From positions 1 to 43,984 of the IMG/VR virus record IMGVR_UViG_3300037419_000748: DNA of 43,984 bases; one strand, written 5' to 3'. Each line of letters begins with the position of its first letter. Position 1 is the stretch's first letter. The notes beneath the pieces are model-generated. The model did not search any database. It saw only the letters and a program-made list of their open reading frames with translations, and was not told where the DNA came from. Positions 34,914 through 43,984 of the stretch are shown here, one piece after another. The DNA comes from a virus (lineage: Duplodnaviria > Caudoviricetes). The translations under genes and the position numbers were made by a program.

Positions 34914-36232
34914 TGGTGCTCAGCCTGCAAACCCAGCGCGAGTTAGCCCGCTGGTACAAGCTGGTCGATCATCCGGTGCAGATGGCCCTGATCGCGGCAG
35001 TGTCAAACGGCGTGCGGTTTCCTGTTGTTCCTGCCGGCCGCCGCTCCGGGAAGACCGAGCGCGCGAAGCGGTTTGTGGCGAAGATGGCGATGAAGAACGC
35101 GAACGAGCGTTACTTCATCGCGGCACCAACGCACGCCCAAGTCAAGAAGATGTACTGGTCGGATATGAAGCAGCTTTGCCTGTGCAGCCTGCAGACGAAA
35201 GCGCCGTCTGAAACCGATCTGATCATCTACCTGAACAACGGCACCGAGATCCACCTGATTGGACTGGATCGACCGCAACGCATTGAGGGTGTGTTCTGGT
35301 CCGGCGGTGTGATCGACGAGATTGCGGACGTGAAGCCCGAAGCGTGGGAAGCGAACATTCGCCCCGCATTGGACACGTTCAATCCGTCGCGCCCGAACTA
35401 TCGGGCCTGGTGCTGGCTGATCGGCGTGCCTGATGGCCTGAACCACTACTACGACATGGCGCAGTACGCCGAGACTGCGAACGATCCGGATTGGCAATGC
35501 TTCCACTGGAAGAGCGCCGAGATCCTGCCGGCCGACACAATCGCCGCCGCTAAGCGGCAGATGTCGGCGAAGCAGTACAAGCAGGAATACGAGGCCAGTT
35601 TCGAAGGCGCGACCGGCCGTATCTACGAAGACTACAGCAAGGCGAACCACACGGATGCGCGGATCGAGCCGCACGAGCAGCTGATGTGGATGCACGACCA
35701 GAACTACACGCCGCTGTCTTCGGCTGTGGGTGTTCGGCGCGACAACGCGCTGTACCTGCTGGACGAGATTGTGTTGACCAGCGCCGTGTCGAAGCAGTCG
35801 GCCATGGAGTTCGTCGAGAAGTTCAAGGACCACAAGAACAAGCATGTGCTGATCTACGGCGATCCTGCCGGCCAAGCCGGCGAGAAGCACGGCCACGCAT
35901 CCGACTACACCGACATCGAGGGCGTACTCCGGGCGCACGGCTGGAAGTACGCGCGCAAAGTCAAGCCGGCACACCCTGCGATCAAGGACCGCCAGAACGC
36001 TGTGCGCGCCAAGATCTGCACGGCTGATGGCCATCGATCGCTGTTCGTGAATCCGGTGACGGCTAAATGGTGCGACAAGGGCCTGGCGACTGTGCAGTTG
36101 CAGGAAGGGTCGACCTTCCAGGAAGACCAGAAGAACAAGTATCAGCACATCACGACCGCGATTGGCTACTGCGTTGATGTGGAGTGGCCGAGCATCAAGC
36201 GCGTCGCGAGCGTCACCGAGTTGCGCATCTAA
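34913..36232 (+). CDS. Terminase large subunit
   Basis: AGRRSGKT Walker A, APT..Q, VIDE Walker B, QEYEASF, nuclease domain. Confidence 0.95.
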   Translation: MVLSLQTQRELARWYKLVDHPVQMALIAAVSNGVRFPVVPAGRRSGKTERAKRFVAKMAMKNANERYFIAAPTHAQVKKMYWSDMKQLCLCSLQTKAPSETDLIIYLNNGTEIHLIGLDRPQRIEGVFWSGGVIDEIADVKPEAWEANIRPALDTFNPSRPNYRAWCWLIGVPDGLNHYYDMAQYAETANDPDWQCFHWKSAEILPADTIAAAKRQMSAKQYKQEYEASFEGATGRIYEDYSKANHTDARIEPHEQLMWMHDQNYTPLSSAVGVRRDNALYLLDEIVLTSAVSKQSAMEFVEKFKDHKNKHVLIYGDPAGQAGEKHGHASDYTDIEGVLRAHGWKYARKVKPAHPAIKDRQNAVRAKICTADGHRSLFVNPVTAKWCDKGLATVQLQEGSTFQEDQKNKYQHITTAIGYCVDVEWPSIKRVASVTELRI

Positions 36233-36249
36233 ACGAAGGAAGTCAGCAC

Positions 36250-37647
36250 ATGACCAACCCAGCACAGCAGGCCACGCCCGCGACGCCATCGCCGGAAGTC
36301 GAGGCAATGGCGCAAGAGTGGCCGCTCATCACCGCGTTGCTGGGCGGGACGTCGACCATGCGCGCTGCAGGCAAGGAATATCTGCCGCAGGCGCCGGCCG
36401 AATCGGACGCGGCATATCAGTACCGCCTGTCGACGTCGACCCTGTTCAACGGCTTTCGTCGCACGGTCGAGACGTTGGCCGGCAAGCCGTTCTCCGAGCC
36501 GCTGCATCTGAATGACGACGTGCCGCCGGCGATTGTCGAGTACGAGAAGGACATCGACCTGGAAGGCCGCAACCTGCAGGCGTTCGCGCACGGCGCCATT
36601 CAGACGGCGCTAGCGTACGGCCTAGCACACATCCTCGTCGACTATCCGCCCACGCCGGTCGGCACGCTGGAAGACCAACGCAAGTCCGGTGCACGGCCGT
36701 ACTTCGTCGCGATCCATCCGAAGAACCTGCTGGGCTGGAAGTCGGAGCGCATCAATGGCGCCGAAACGCTCACGCAGATTCGCATCATGGAGTCCGCGCG
36801 CGAAGACGACGGTGAGTGGGGCGTCAAGATCATCCCGCAGGTCCGCGTACTGGAGCGCGACAATTTCCGCATCTATCGCCAGAACGAGAAAGAGGAGTGG
36901 TTCCTGTTTGGCGAGGGTGAAGTGTCGCTCGGCATGATCCCGCTCGTCACGATCTACGGCGACCGCACTGGCTTCATGACCGCCCGCCCGCCACTGCTTG
37001 ATCTGGCCTACCTGAACGTCGAGCACTGGCAGTCGTCATCGGACCAGAGCAATATCCTGCACGTCGCGCGCGTGCCGATCCTGTTTGCTGCCGGATTCGA
37101 AGATGGACAGTTGACCATCGGCGCGAATACCGCCGTTGCCGCAACCGACCCGAACGCCAAGCTGCAGTACGTGGAACACACGGGCGCCGCCATCGGCGCC
37201 GGCCGCGAGTCGCTGAAGGCTCTGGAAGAGCGCATGTCGCTCATGGGCGCGCAGATGCTCGTGCGCAAGCCGGGCAGCCGCACCGCGACCGAGAAGGCGA
37301 TCGATACCGCGGAATCCGATTGCGCATTGTCCGCCGTCGTTCTGAACGCCGAGGACGCGCTCGAGCAAGCACTCGACTTCATGGCGAAGTGGGAAGGCCT
37401 GGAAGATGGTGGTTCGATCGAGATCAACGACGATTTCGGCGGCTGGATGGATACGCTCGACGAGACGACGCTCCTGCGCTGCCGTGAGCTCGGCATCCTG
37501 AGCGCCGAAACCGTGTTCAACGAGCTGCAGCGCCGCAAGGTGATCTCCGAAGAGCTGACCTGGCTCGAAGAGGCCGACCGTCTGAAGAAGGAAGGTCCGC
37601 CAGTTGGCGTCGTCGGCAGTTTCGAAGCCGCCTCGTCGGACGCGTGA
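36250..37647 (+). CDS. Portal protein (DUF4055-like)
   Basis: LLGGT..MR.AG..YLP...E....Y..RL; PPLLDLA.LN..HWQ..SD. Confidence 0.9.
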   Translation: MTNPAQQATPATPSPEVEAMAQEWPLITALLGGTSTMRAAGKEYLPQAPAESDAAYQYRLSTSTLFNGFRRTVETLAGKPFSEPLHLNDDVPPAIVEYEKDIDLEGRNLQAFAHGAIQTALAYGLAHILVDYPPTPVGTLEDQRKSGARPYFVAIHPKNLLGWKSERINGAETLTQIRIMESAREDDGEWGVKIIPQVRVLERDNFRIYRQNEKEEWFLFGEGEVSLGMIPLVTIYGDRTGFMTARPPLLDLAYLNVEHWQSSSDQSNILHVARVPILFAAGFEDGQLTIGANTAVAATDPNAKLQYVEHTGAAIGAGRESLKALEERMSLMGAQMLVRKPGSRTATEKAIDTAESDCALSAVVLNAEDALEQALDFMAKWEGLEDGGSIEINDDFGGWMDTLDETTLLRCRELGILSAETVFNELQRRKVISEELTWLEEADRLKKEGPPVGVVGSFEAASSDA

Positions 37648-37667
37648 TTTACCGATTTAGTTTTTCG

Positions 37668-37701
37668 AAGCCGCCCGCGTGATGCAGGCGGCTTTTCTTT
37701 T
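37668..37701 (+). terminator. Terminator hairpin
   Basis: AAGCCGCC...GGCGGCTT followed by TTCTTTT. Confidence 0.65.
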
Positions 37702-37743
37702 GGGCGAGATGCCCGCAACACCATATCCGAGAGGGATAACGCA

Positions 37744-38466
37744 ATGGCACTTGATCTGATCGTTGACGCGCTGGACGCCGTACCGGAAGCATTTCGCCCC
37801 CTGTATGTGCAGAACGGCGACAAATACAAGCTGGATGTTTCGGGCGTCGAAGACACGTCGGGCCTGAAGAGCGCGCTGGAGGCTGAGCGTCGCGCCGCCC
37901 GCGAGGCCAGCAAACAGGCTGCGGCGTGGAAGGCGTTGGGCAAAACGCCGGATGAAATCCAGGCGCTGGTCGAAGCGCAGGCTAAGGCTGAGCAGGAGCG
38001 ACTGACCAAGGCAGGCGATTGGGACAAGCTCGCCAAGCAAATGAACGATGCCCACGCACAAGAACTCAACACCCTGAAGTCGACGCTGGAAACCAAGGAC
38101 AAGGCTTTGGCCAAGCACCTGGTCGATTCGGCCGCAGTCAACGCCATTGCAGCAGCGAAGGGGGTACCGGAGCTGCTGTTGCCGCATATCCGAAGCGCCG
38201 TGAAGGTGATCGAGGAAAACGGCGATTACGCCGTGCGTGTCGTCGACAGCACCGGCAGCCCGCGCGTGAATGGCAAGGGCGAATTCCTCTCAATCAAGGA
38301 TCTGGTCAGCGAGATGCGCCAGTCCGAAGTGTTCGGTCGCGCTTTCGACGGGTCGGGAGCTAGCGGCAGCGGCGCACAAACATCGTCCGCACGGCAGCAA
38401 ACAAAAGACCTATCCCATCTACCGCCAACCGAGCGCATGACAGCAGCAAGGGCGGCGAAAAAATAA
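37744..38466 (+). CDS. Capsid scaffolding protein
   Basis: LDAVPE....LY....DKYKLDV.G.ED..GLKSALEAER coiled coil; SGSGA tail; before MCP. Confidence 0.85.
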   Translation: MALDLIVDALDAVPEAFRPLYVQNGDKYKLDVSGVEDTSGLKSALEAERRAAREASKQAAAWKALGKTPDEIQALVEAQAKAEQERLTKAGDWDKLAKQMNDAHAQELNTLKSTLETKDKALAKHLVDSAAVNAIAAAKGVPELLLPHIRSAVKVIEENGDYAVRVVDSTGSPRVNGKGEFLSIKDLVSEMRQSEVFGRAFDGSGASGSGAQTSSARQQTKDLSHLPPTERMTAARAAKK

Positions 38467-38478
38467 AGGTAACACATC

Positions 38479-39405
38479 ATGGCACTGACTCTTGTCGAAG
38501 CAGCGAAACTGGAAACTGGCGACGTGCTGCGCCAGGCAATCATCGAACTGTATGCCGGCTCGTCCTCGATCCTGCAAACGCTGCCGTTCGAAACGATCGC
38601 CGGCAATGCGCTCAAGTACAACCGCGAAGACTCGCTGCCCGGCATCGGCTTCCGCGGCGTGAACGAAGCCTACACGGCGTCGACCGGCGTTCTGAATCCG
38701 CTGACCGAGTCGCTGGTGATCGCCGGCGGTGACCTGGACGTGGACAAGTTCATCATCGACACCATGGGCGCCAACCAGCGCTCGGTGCACGAAGCGATGA
38801 AGATCCGCGCGTTGTCCCTCGCCTGGACGAAGAAGTTCATCAAGGGCGACAACCAAAGCGATCCGCGCGAGTTCGACGGCCTGCAAGTGCGCGTGACTGG
38901 CAATCAGCTGATCGCCGCCGGCTCGACCGCCAACGGCTCCGCGCTGTCGCTGTCCAAGCTGGACGAGGCAATCGACCAGACCCTGAATCCGACGCACCTG
39001 CTGATGAGCAAGGCCATGAAGCGTCGCCTCACTCAAGCATCGCGTTCGACCACGGTCGGCGGCTTCATCACCATGGGCATCGATGGCTTCGGCAAGCCGG
39101 TCGAGATGTACAACGGCCTGCCGATCCTGACCGTCGACCTGGACAACGCCGGCGCCCCCATCCTGCCGTTCACGGAAGCGGCCACCAGCGGCACCGCAAC
39201 GGCGACGTCGATCTACGTTCTGAGCTTCGGCAACGACGGCGTGCTGGGCCTGCAAAACGGCGGCGTCGACGTGCGCGACCTGGGCGAACTGCAAACCGCG
39301 CCGGTGTTCCGCACCCGCGTGGAGTGGTACAACGGCTTCGGAGTTTTCAACGGCCGTGCCGTAACCCGCCTCTGGTCCATCGCTGACGCCGCTGTCGTCG
39401 CCTAA
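38479..39405 (+). CDS. Major capsid protein
   Basis: LTLVEAAK...LPF....G....YNRE..LP...FR.VNE; FDGL..R. Confidence 0.9.
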   Translation: MALTLVEAAKLETGDVLRQAIIELYAGSSSILQTLPFETIAGNALKYNREDSLPGIGFRGVNEAYTASTGVLNPLTESLVIAGGDLDVDKFIIDTMGANQRSVHEAMKIRALSLAWTKKFIKGDNQSDPREFDGLQVRVTGNQLIAAGSTANGSALSLSKLDEAIDQTLNPTHLLMSKAMKRRLTQASRSTTVGGFITMGIDGFGKPVEMYNGLPILTVDLDNAGAPILPFTEAATSGTATATSIYVLSFGNDGVLGLQNGGVDVRDLGELQTAPVFRTRVEWYNGFGVFNGRAVTRLWSIADAAVVA

Positions 39406-39434
39406 CCAACCGCCAACGATAAGGACTCGACATC

Positions 39435-39857
39435 ATGGCAAATCTTTACTCTCAACGCACTTACGACAACGCCCTGCTGCTGAAGGCTGCGGGACTGGTC
39501 GCCGCTACCGCCACCGAATCGGTAATTCTCGACCTCGGCGCTGGCCTGGTCGATGCCGATCTGGTGATCGACGTTTCGGCGGTCGAAGTCGCGACCGGCG
39601 ACGAGAAGTACACCATCCACCTGGAAGGTTCGAACGTCGCAGCGATGACGTCGGGCTCGGTCACGCTGGCCAATATCCCGATGGGCAACAAGACCGATCC
39701 GGCTGACGCCGCTACGGGCACGGGGCGGTTCATCGTTCCGTTCCGTAACGAGCAGAACGGCACCACCTACCGCTACGTGCGCATCTACACCCTGGTCGCA
39801 GGTACGGTGGCAACCGGCATCAACTTCATGGCGTTCATCGCGAAAGACGAGGACTAA
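39435..39857 (+). CDS. Capsid decoration/cement-like protein
   Basis: Beta-rich, DE.Y.I...S, YRYVR.Y; directly after MCP. Confidence 0.65.
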   Translation: MANLYSQRTYDNALLLKAAGLVAATATESVILDLGAGLVDADLVIDVSAVEVATGDEKYTIHLEGSNVAAMTSGSVTLANIPMGNKTDPADAATGTGRFIVPFRNEQNGTTYRYVRIYTLVAGTVATGINFMAFIAKDED

Positions 39858-39860
39858 GCC

Positions 39861-40505
39861 ATGACCGACCGTTACGTTGAGGCGGAAGTGCTCGTCAATG
39901 CGAACATCACTCAGCGTAAGCGGGTTCTGCTCGCCGACTCCGGTGATGTTCCGACGACGACTTCCGCCGGAGTCGGCGCGCTGCCAGCAGCATTCAACAA
40001 CGACGCGAGCCTGACTGTTGTCGAGTATGGGAACGGGGTGGTCCACAAAACCGTTTTCACGCTCAATGCACTGAGCGTGCCTGTCACGGACGCGCTGGCC
40101 TACGCATCCAGGCAGCTCTACGATTTCCCTGAGGGCAGGATACTGGTCCTGGGCGTCACCGGATCGCTGCAATGGGCGGTGACGACGGACAGAACAACCA
40201 CGATCAACGATAGCGCCGCCCTGAAGTGGGCGCTCGGCACGGCCGCGGCATCCAACATCACCCTGTCGGGAACGATGGTCGATTTGCTGCCGAAGACGGC
40301 TGTAACGCTCTCCGCAGCGGCTGCGGCGCTCAACACGGCATCAAGCGCCGCGCTGGCGGCCTCGGCGCAATTCGATGGCACGTCGACCGCGAAGGATGCG
40401 CTGCTCAACGTCGGATTCGAGACCAACACCGATATCGATGCAGATGGCACGTTGACAGCCACGGGCCAGATCACGCTGGTCTGGATCAATCTGGGAGATT
40501 ACTAA
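39861..40505 (+). CDS. Putative virion structural protein
   Basis: Ala/Thr-rich beta protein in head module. Confidence 0.6.
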   Translation: MTDRYVEAEVLVNANITQRKRVLLADSGDVPTTTSAGVGALPAAFNNDASLTVVEYGNGVVHKTVFTLNALSVPVTDALAYASRQLYDFPEGRILVLGVTGSLQWAVTTDRTTTINDSAALKWALGTAAASNITLSGTMVDLLPKTAVTLSAAAAALNTASSAALAASAQFDGTSTAKDALLNVGFETNTDIDADGTLTATGQITLVWINLGDY

Positions 40506-40507
40506 AA

Positions 40508-40720
40508 ATGGGCCTCGTTACCTGTTACGACGCGCAAGGCGGTGAATACCAGAAGGAGCCGGTCGACGCGCGCGAATGCGTGAAGCACTGCGGCTTTACG
40601 TTGACACCGCCCCAACTGGAGCCTGTCGGCGCTGATTCTGCGCCAGATGCGTCGGCGCCTGAAGTATCTGAGGCCACGGCTGCGCCGGCGGCCAAGGCTG
40701 GCAAGACCAACCAAAAGTAA
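40508..40720 (+). CDS. Hypothetical protein
   Basis: EPVDARE motif; low-complexity tail. Confidence 0.65.
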   Translation: MGLVTCYDAQGGEYQKEPVDARECVKHCGFTLTPPQLEPVGADSAPDASAPEVSEATAAPAAKAGKTNQK

Positions 40721-40722
40721 TC

Positions 40723-41130
40723 ATGGCACTTACCGATGCTCAGAAAGTGGACGTGCGTCGCTGGGCCGGATATCCGGTTTCCGGCGACGCCAGCGTGGCG
40801 ATCTATTCGGACCCAGTGTATTTCCACGCCGGCCCGCGCGATGCCCTGAACGCGCTGACGCTGGAAGGGCGCCTTAATCACCTGACCGACGGCGAGGAAT
40901 CGGTGCTCGTCAACACGTACCTGCAGAACCTGACCGCGCTCGAGCAGGCGATTCTGGACTCGGCTGCGAACCTCGACACGAACAAGGCCGCCGTCTGGGA
41001 GCGCAATCCGCGCGAGGTGCAAGAACGTGCGCGCCTGTTCGATGGCTGGCGCCGTCGCATGTGCGGCTTCCTCGGCATTCCGCCAGGCCCGGATCTCGGC
41101 GCCAGCGGCATGACGGTGGTGCGGGCATGA
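40723..41130 (+). CDS. Head-tail adaptor-like protein
   Basis: LTDAQKVDVRR..GY...LDT..AAVW..N..E; position. Confidence 0.65.
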   Translation: MALTDAQKVDVRRWAGYPVSGDASVAIYSDPVYFHAGPRDALNALTLEGRLNHLTDGEESVLVNTYLQNLTALEQAILDSAANLDTNKAAVWERNPREVQERARLFDGWRRRMCGFLGIPPGPDLGASGMTVVRA

Positions 41131-41558
41131 CTTGCATTGCGTGGGACGGCGTGACGCTCGCGGCCGACAAGCGAGCAACAAGCGGCGGCGGTATCGCGCG
41201 CACGGTGACGAAGATCGAACGTCACGGCAGCAACCTTCTCGCCGTGATTGGCAGCTGGGATGTGGCGACGGAACTGCGCGCATGGTTCAAGGCCGGCGCG
41301 AAGCCCGAGGCATTTCCGGAAAGCGCGCGTAGCGGCGAAGGCACGCTCGTCGTCATCACTCCCGGCAAACACCCGCGCACTTACGCAACAGGCCCGCATG
41401 CGCTGCCGATCGAGCAGAAATGCTTGGCGTTTGGCTCGGGGCGCGACTACGCCGAAGCAGCGATGTTCCTCGGCTGCGACGCGAAGCGGGCCGTTGAGGT
41501 GGCCTGCCAGTTCCAGACCGATTGCGGCAACGGCATCGACACATTGAGGTTGAAATGA
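41127..41558 (+). CDS. Ntn-hydrolase (proteasome beta/HslV-like) protein
   Basis: M-T-C-I-A-W-D-G..LAAD...KI...G; GSG..A..A. Confidence 0.75.
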   Translation: MTCIAWDGVTLAADKRATSGGGIARTVTKIERHGSNLLAVIGSWDVATELRAWFKAGAKPEAFPESARSGEGTLVVITPGKHPRTYATGPHALPIEQKCLAFGSGRDYAEAAMFLGCDAKRAVEVACQFQTDCGNGIDTLRLK

Positions 41559-42172
41559 GCATGACCGGCGACCGCCTGCAAGGCCTGATCTACGCAGGTT
41601 ATGCGAAGCTGGCCGCAAAGGCAGGCTTCATGTACGACGTCTACCGCTTCGACGAGCCGATCGCCGTCACCGACGACATCTACAAGATCGAGCGCATCCC
41701 GGTTGCATTCGCGGCCGAGAAGAAATTCGCGATCCCGAACAAGTACCAGATCCCGACGTGGTACTGCTACGCCGACGGCCGCGTGCTGCAGCCGCGTGAC
41801 ATCCTGATTGGACCAGCTGGCACGTTCTACATCGGCGACATGCAACCGAACCTGCCGATCCAGGCGGTTCAGACGAACCATGTAATCTCGATTGGCCGCG
41901 GCTCGTACGGCGGGGGCGACCAGTCCATCGAGTATTACGCGACCGATATCCCGTGCTTCATGCAATTCAAGCGTGAGGACATCAAGCAGAGCCAATACGC
42001 GACCACGATGGGCCAGGCGATCACGCATTGGACTACGTTCATTCCGCTGCCCGAGGGCACGCTGACGCAGGACGACGTCGTGCGGGACGAGAACGGCATC
42101 CGGTACATCGTCGACGCGCCGGATTTCACCAGCATCGGCTACGTCGCGCATTTGAGGCTGATCACGATATGA
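41555..42172 (+). CDS. Head closure/neck protein
   Basis: Position; DVVRDENG.RY.V C-terminus. Confidence 0.55.
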   Translation: MSMTGDRLQGLIYAGYAKLAAKAGFMYDVYRFDEPIAVTDDIYKIERIPVAFAAEKKFAIPNKYQIPTWYCYADGRVLQPRDILIGPAGTFYIGDMQPNLPIQAVQTNHVISIGRGSYGGGDQSIEYYATDIPCFMQFKREDIKQSQYATTMGQAITHWTTFIPLPEGTLTQDDVVRDENGIRYIVDAPDFTSIGYVAHLRLITI

Positions 42173-42594
42173 CGATGACCATCGATTTGGCGCAGGCGCT
42201 CGCGTGCCTGAACCGCCTCGCCGCGCTGAACATGTCGCCGTGGATGGCGAAAGTCGGCCAGCAGGCGCAACAGGGCGTCAAGCAGCGCATCCAGCAGTCC
42301 AAGCAGGATCCGGACAATGCGGCATGGTCGCCGTGGATGCCGCGCACCGAGAAGTACCGCACGAAGAAGGGCAACGCAGCCCAGGGTCTGTTGTGGGACG
42401 ACGGGACGCTGCTCAATTCGATCACATTTCACTCCGCCGCCGATGGCGTGTCGGTTAGCTCCGACGTGCCGTATGCGGGCTACCTACAGGACGGCACGGA
42501 ACGCATGGCCGCGCGCCCGTTCATGGGCTGGTCCGACGAGGATATCGCCGGCATGGAGTTCTCGGCCGTCCAGTTCATCGAGGCGCTGCTGTGA
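42169..42594 (+). CDS. Phage virion morphogenesis / tail completion protein
   Basis: DPD..AW.P...L.D.G.L.NSI...VPYA.Y.Q.GT..M.ARPFMG. Confidence 0.85.
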   Translation: MTMTIDLAQALACLNRLAALNMSPWMAKVGQQAQQGVKQRIQQSKQDPDNAAWSPWMPRTEKYRTKKGNAAQGLLWDDGTLLNSITFHSAADGVSVSSDVPYAGYLQDGTERMAARPFMGWSDEDIAGMEFSAVQFIEALL

Positions 42595-42621
42595 AAGCGG
42601 CGCAGGAAAGGATACGCAAGC

Positions 42622-43071
42622 ATGATCTCTGAAAACGCCGCCGACCTCGTCGCGCGCGTGACGTCCGTTGCGGGCTTCGAAGGGCGAGCCGGCCTCGCGA
42701 TTGGTGGCCGCGGCGCCGATCCTGCGATGACCAAGATCCCGCTGCCAGCCGCCTGGGTGATGTTCGGCAAGGACCAGGTCGACGAATCGCCGTATGGCTC
42801 GTCACAGTCCGGCGGGCGCGGCGGCCTGATCCCGAGCGGCGAGAACGTGCAGCAGGTCTTCAGCGTGGTGATCTACGTGCCGTACTTGAGCCAGGACGAC
42901 CTGCTGACGACGCAATTCCCGCTGCTCGAATCCGTCATTGCCGCAGTTCGCGACAACGGCCGTGAGGCGCCGAGCGGCAATCGTTGGCGCTACATCGGCC
43001 AGAAGCTCGCCATGGTCTACCCGGACCGCCTCGCCTACGAACAGCATTACACGCTCGACGCTTTCATGTAG
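42622..43071 (+). CDS. Tail terminator-like protein
   Basis: PAAWV.F..D; position before tail genes. Confidence 0.6.
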   Translation: MISENAADLVARVTSVAGFEGRAGLAIGGRGADPAMTKIPLPAAWVMFGKDQVDESPYGSSQSGGRGGLIPSGENVQQVFSVVIYVPYLSQDDLLTTQFPLLESVIAAVRDNGREAPSGNRWRYIGQKLAMVYPDRLAYEQHYTLDAFM

Positions 43072-43072
43072 T

Positions 43073-43098
43073 AACCCGCCCGCGACGAGCGGGTTTCT
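43073..43098 (+). terminator. Weak terminator-like hairpin
   Basis: AACCCGC...GCGGGTT-TCT. Confidence 0.45.
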
Positions 43099-43122
43099 CC
43101 ACCCCGTAAATAAGGAAATACC

Positions 43123-43911
43123 ATGCCCCTCATCAGCAACAGTGACCTTCAGGCCATCGGCGACAAGCTGGCACGCTTCGGCGCCACGTCGGTGGGCGAT
43201 CCGAACTTCGACAATGCGTTCACCGCCGGTCTCGATGCCGCCAGCAATGCGGTCCTGTCGGGCTCGAACAGCATCGCGCAGTACCTGCTCGATTCGAACG
43301 ACGAAGCCGTGACGGCCGACCTGCTGCCCGCCGCGCGCGACCTGGACGAGTCACACCCGGTCATGCCGACCGGCTTCCTGCTCGGCATCCCGGGCATCAG
43401 CGCGATGATCAAGGCGCTGGACACCCACGTGAAGCGCTACGCCGGCGCCGCGAACCTCGACGCCTACCTGTCGACGCTGAACGCATCGAGCCCGACACTG
43501 CGATTCCATGCCGCGTTCACGGATCACCTCAAGACGCTGTCGGCCCGAAATGTGTTCATCGGCGCCGACCTCGACATCGCACGCGTGAACGTCACCGGCG
43601 CCACGACCGGCACCTACACGCACCTGGCCGCGATCGACAAAACCAAATACAGCGGCGCCAAGCTGGTTGCCAAGAACGTCGGCGCTCTGACCGCGACGAC
43701 CGCGCTGTCGATCACCGGCAAGAAGTTCGACGGCACGACCGCGACGCTGACCGTATCGATCTCGACGCTGACCGACGGAACCGAGACGAACCTGTCCGAC
43801 ACCGCGAAGATTTTCGTCGACGTGACCGGCATCACCGTCACCTCGGGCGGCACCTCCGGCAACGTCATCAAGATCGTCGCCAAGACGGACCGCGATATCT
43901 CGGCCGCCTAA
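43123..43911 (+). CDS. Putative structural protein
   Basis: TAAGGA RBS; phage-like codon usage; Thr-rich beta C-terminus. Confidence 0.7.
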   Translation: MPLISNSDLQAIGDKLARFGATSVGDPNFDNAFTAGLDAASNAVLSGSNSIAQYLLDSNDEAVTADLLPAARDLDESHPVMPTGFLLGIPGISAMIKALDTHVKRYAGAANLDAYLSTLNASSPTLRFHAAFTDHLKTLSARNVFIGADLDIARVNVTGATTGTYTHLAAIDKTKYSGAKLVAKNVGALTATTALSITGKKFDGTTATLTVSISTLTDGTETNLSDTAKIFVDVTGITVTSGGTSGNVIKIVAKTDRDISAA

Positions 43912-43937
43912 TCAACTCCCTCGAAAGGTAAATCACC

Positions 43938-43984
43938 ATGGCATTCAACGACAGTTCCTACGGTCTCTTTCAGGGCCAGTTGTT
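43938..43984 (+). CDS. Probable major tail tube protein, start only
   Basis: AAAGG RBS; MAFNDSSYGLFQGQL; position. Confidence 0.5.
   Translation, partial: MAFNDSSYGLFQGQL

Overview
The window is most of a temperate, lambdoid-type tailed phage genome, GC-rich. The host is probably a beta-proteobacterium such as Oxalobacteraceae/Burkholderiales; this is an inference from protein style and CTGT-N8-ACAG LexA boxes. Gene order is: end of a tail fibre, lysis cassette (two holin-like genes, SAR endolysin, Rz with embedded Rz1), metallophosphoesterase, a LexA-controlled gene, integrase, an apparently intact attP, and excisionase. Next come the leftward early operon (Ead/Ea22, DUF551, NinB, YqaJ exonuclease, Bet, many small genes, structured RNAs) and the immunity region (Arc-like, short CI, Cro). 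The rightward operon follows (DUF1364, HNH-AP2, DUF1376 initiator with iterons, DnaB, beta-clamp-like, C5 methyltransferase, RuvC-like, Q-like), then a HicAB moron and terminase/portal/scaffold/capsid/neck genes up to the start of the tail tube. Because int-attP-xis is contiguous and flanked by phage genes, the sequence looks like the excised/circular form. Most interesting: (1) an induction switch with a CI lacking the autocleavage domain, a convergent small gene resembling the CI C-terminus, and two LexA boxes; (2) an attP carrying RBS+MKIATFN, resembling the start of host xth; (3) loop-loop/pseudoknot structured RNAs in the pL operon; (4) an ATT start for the replication initiator; (5) an Arg-rich GPDRR peptide, a two-domain beta clamp and an Ntn-hydrolase among virion genes. 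All product calls come from motif recognition by eye, with no database search.
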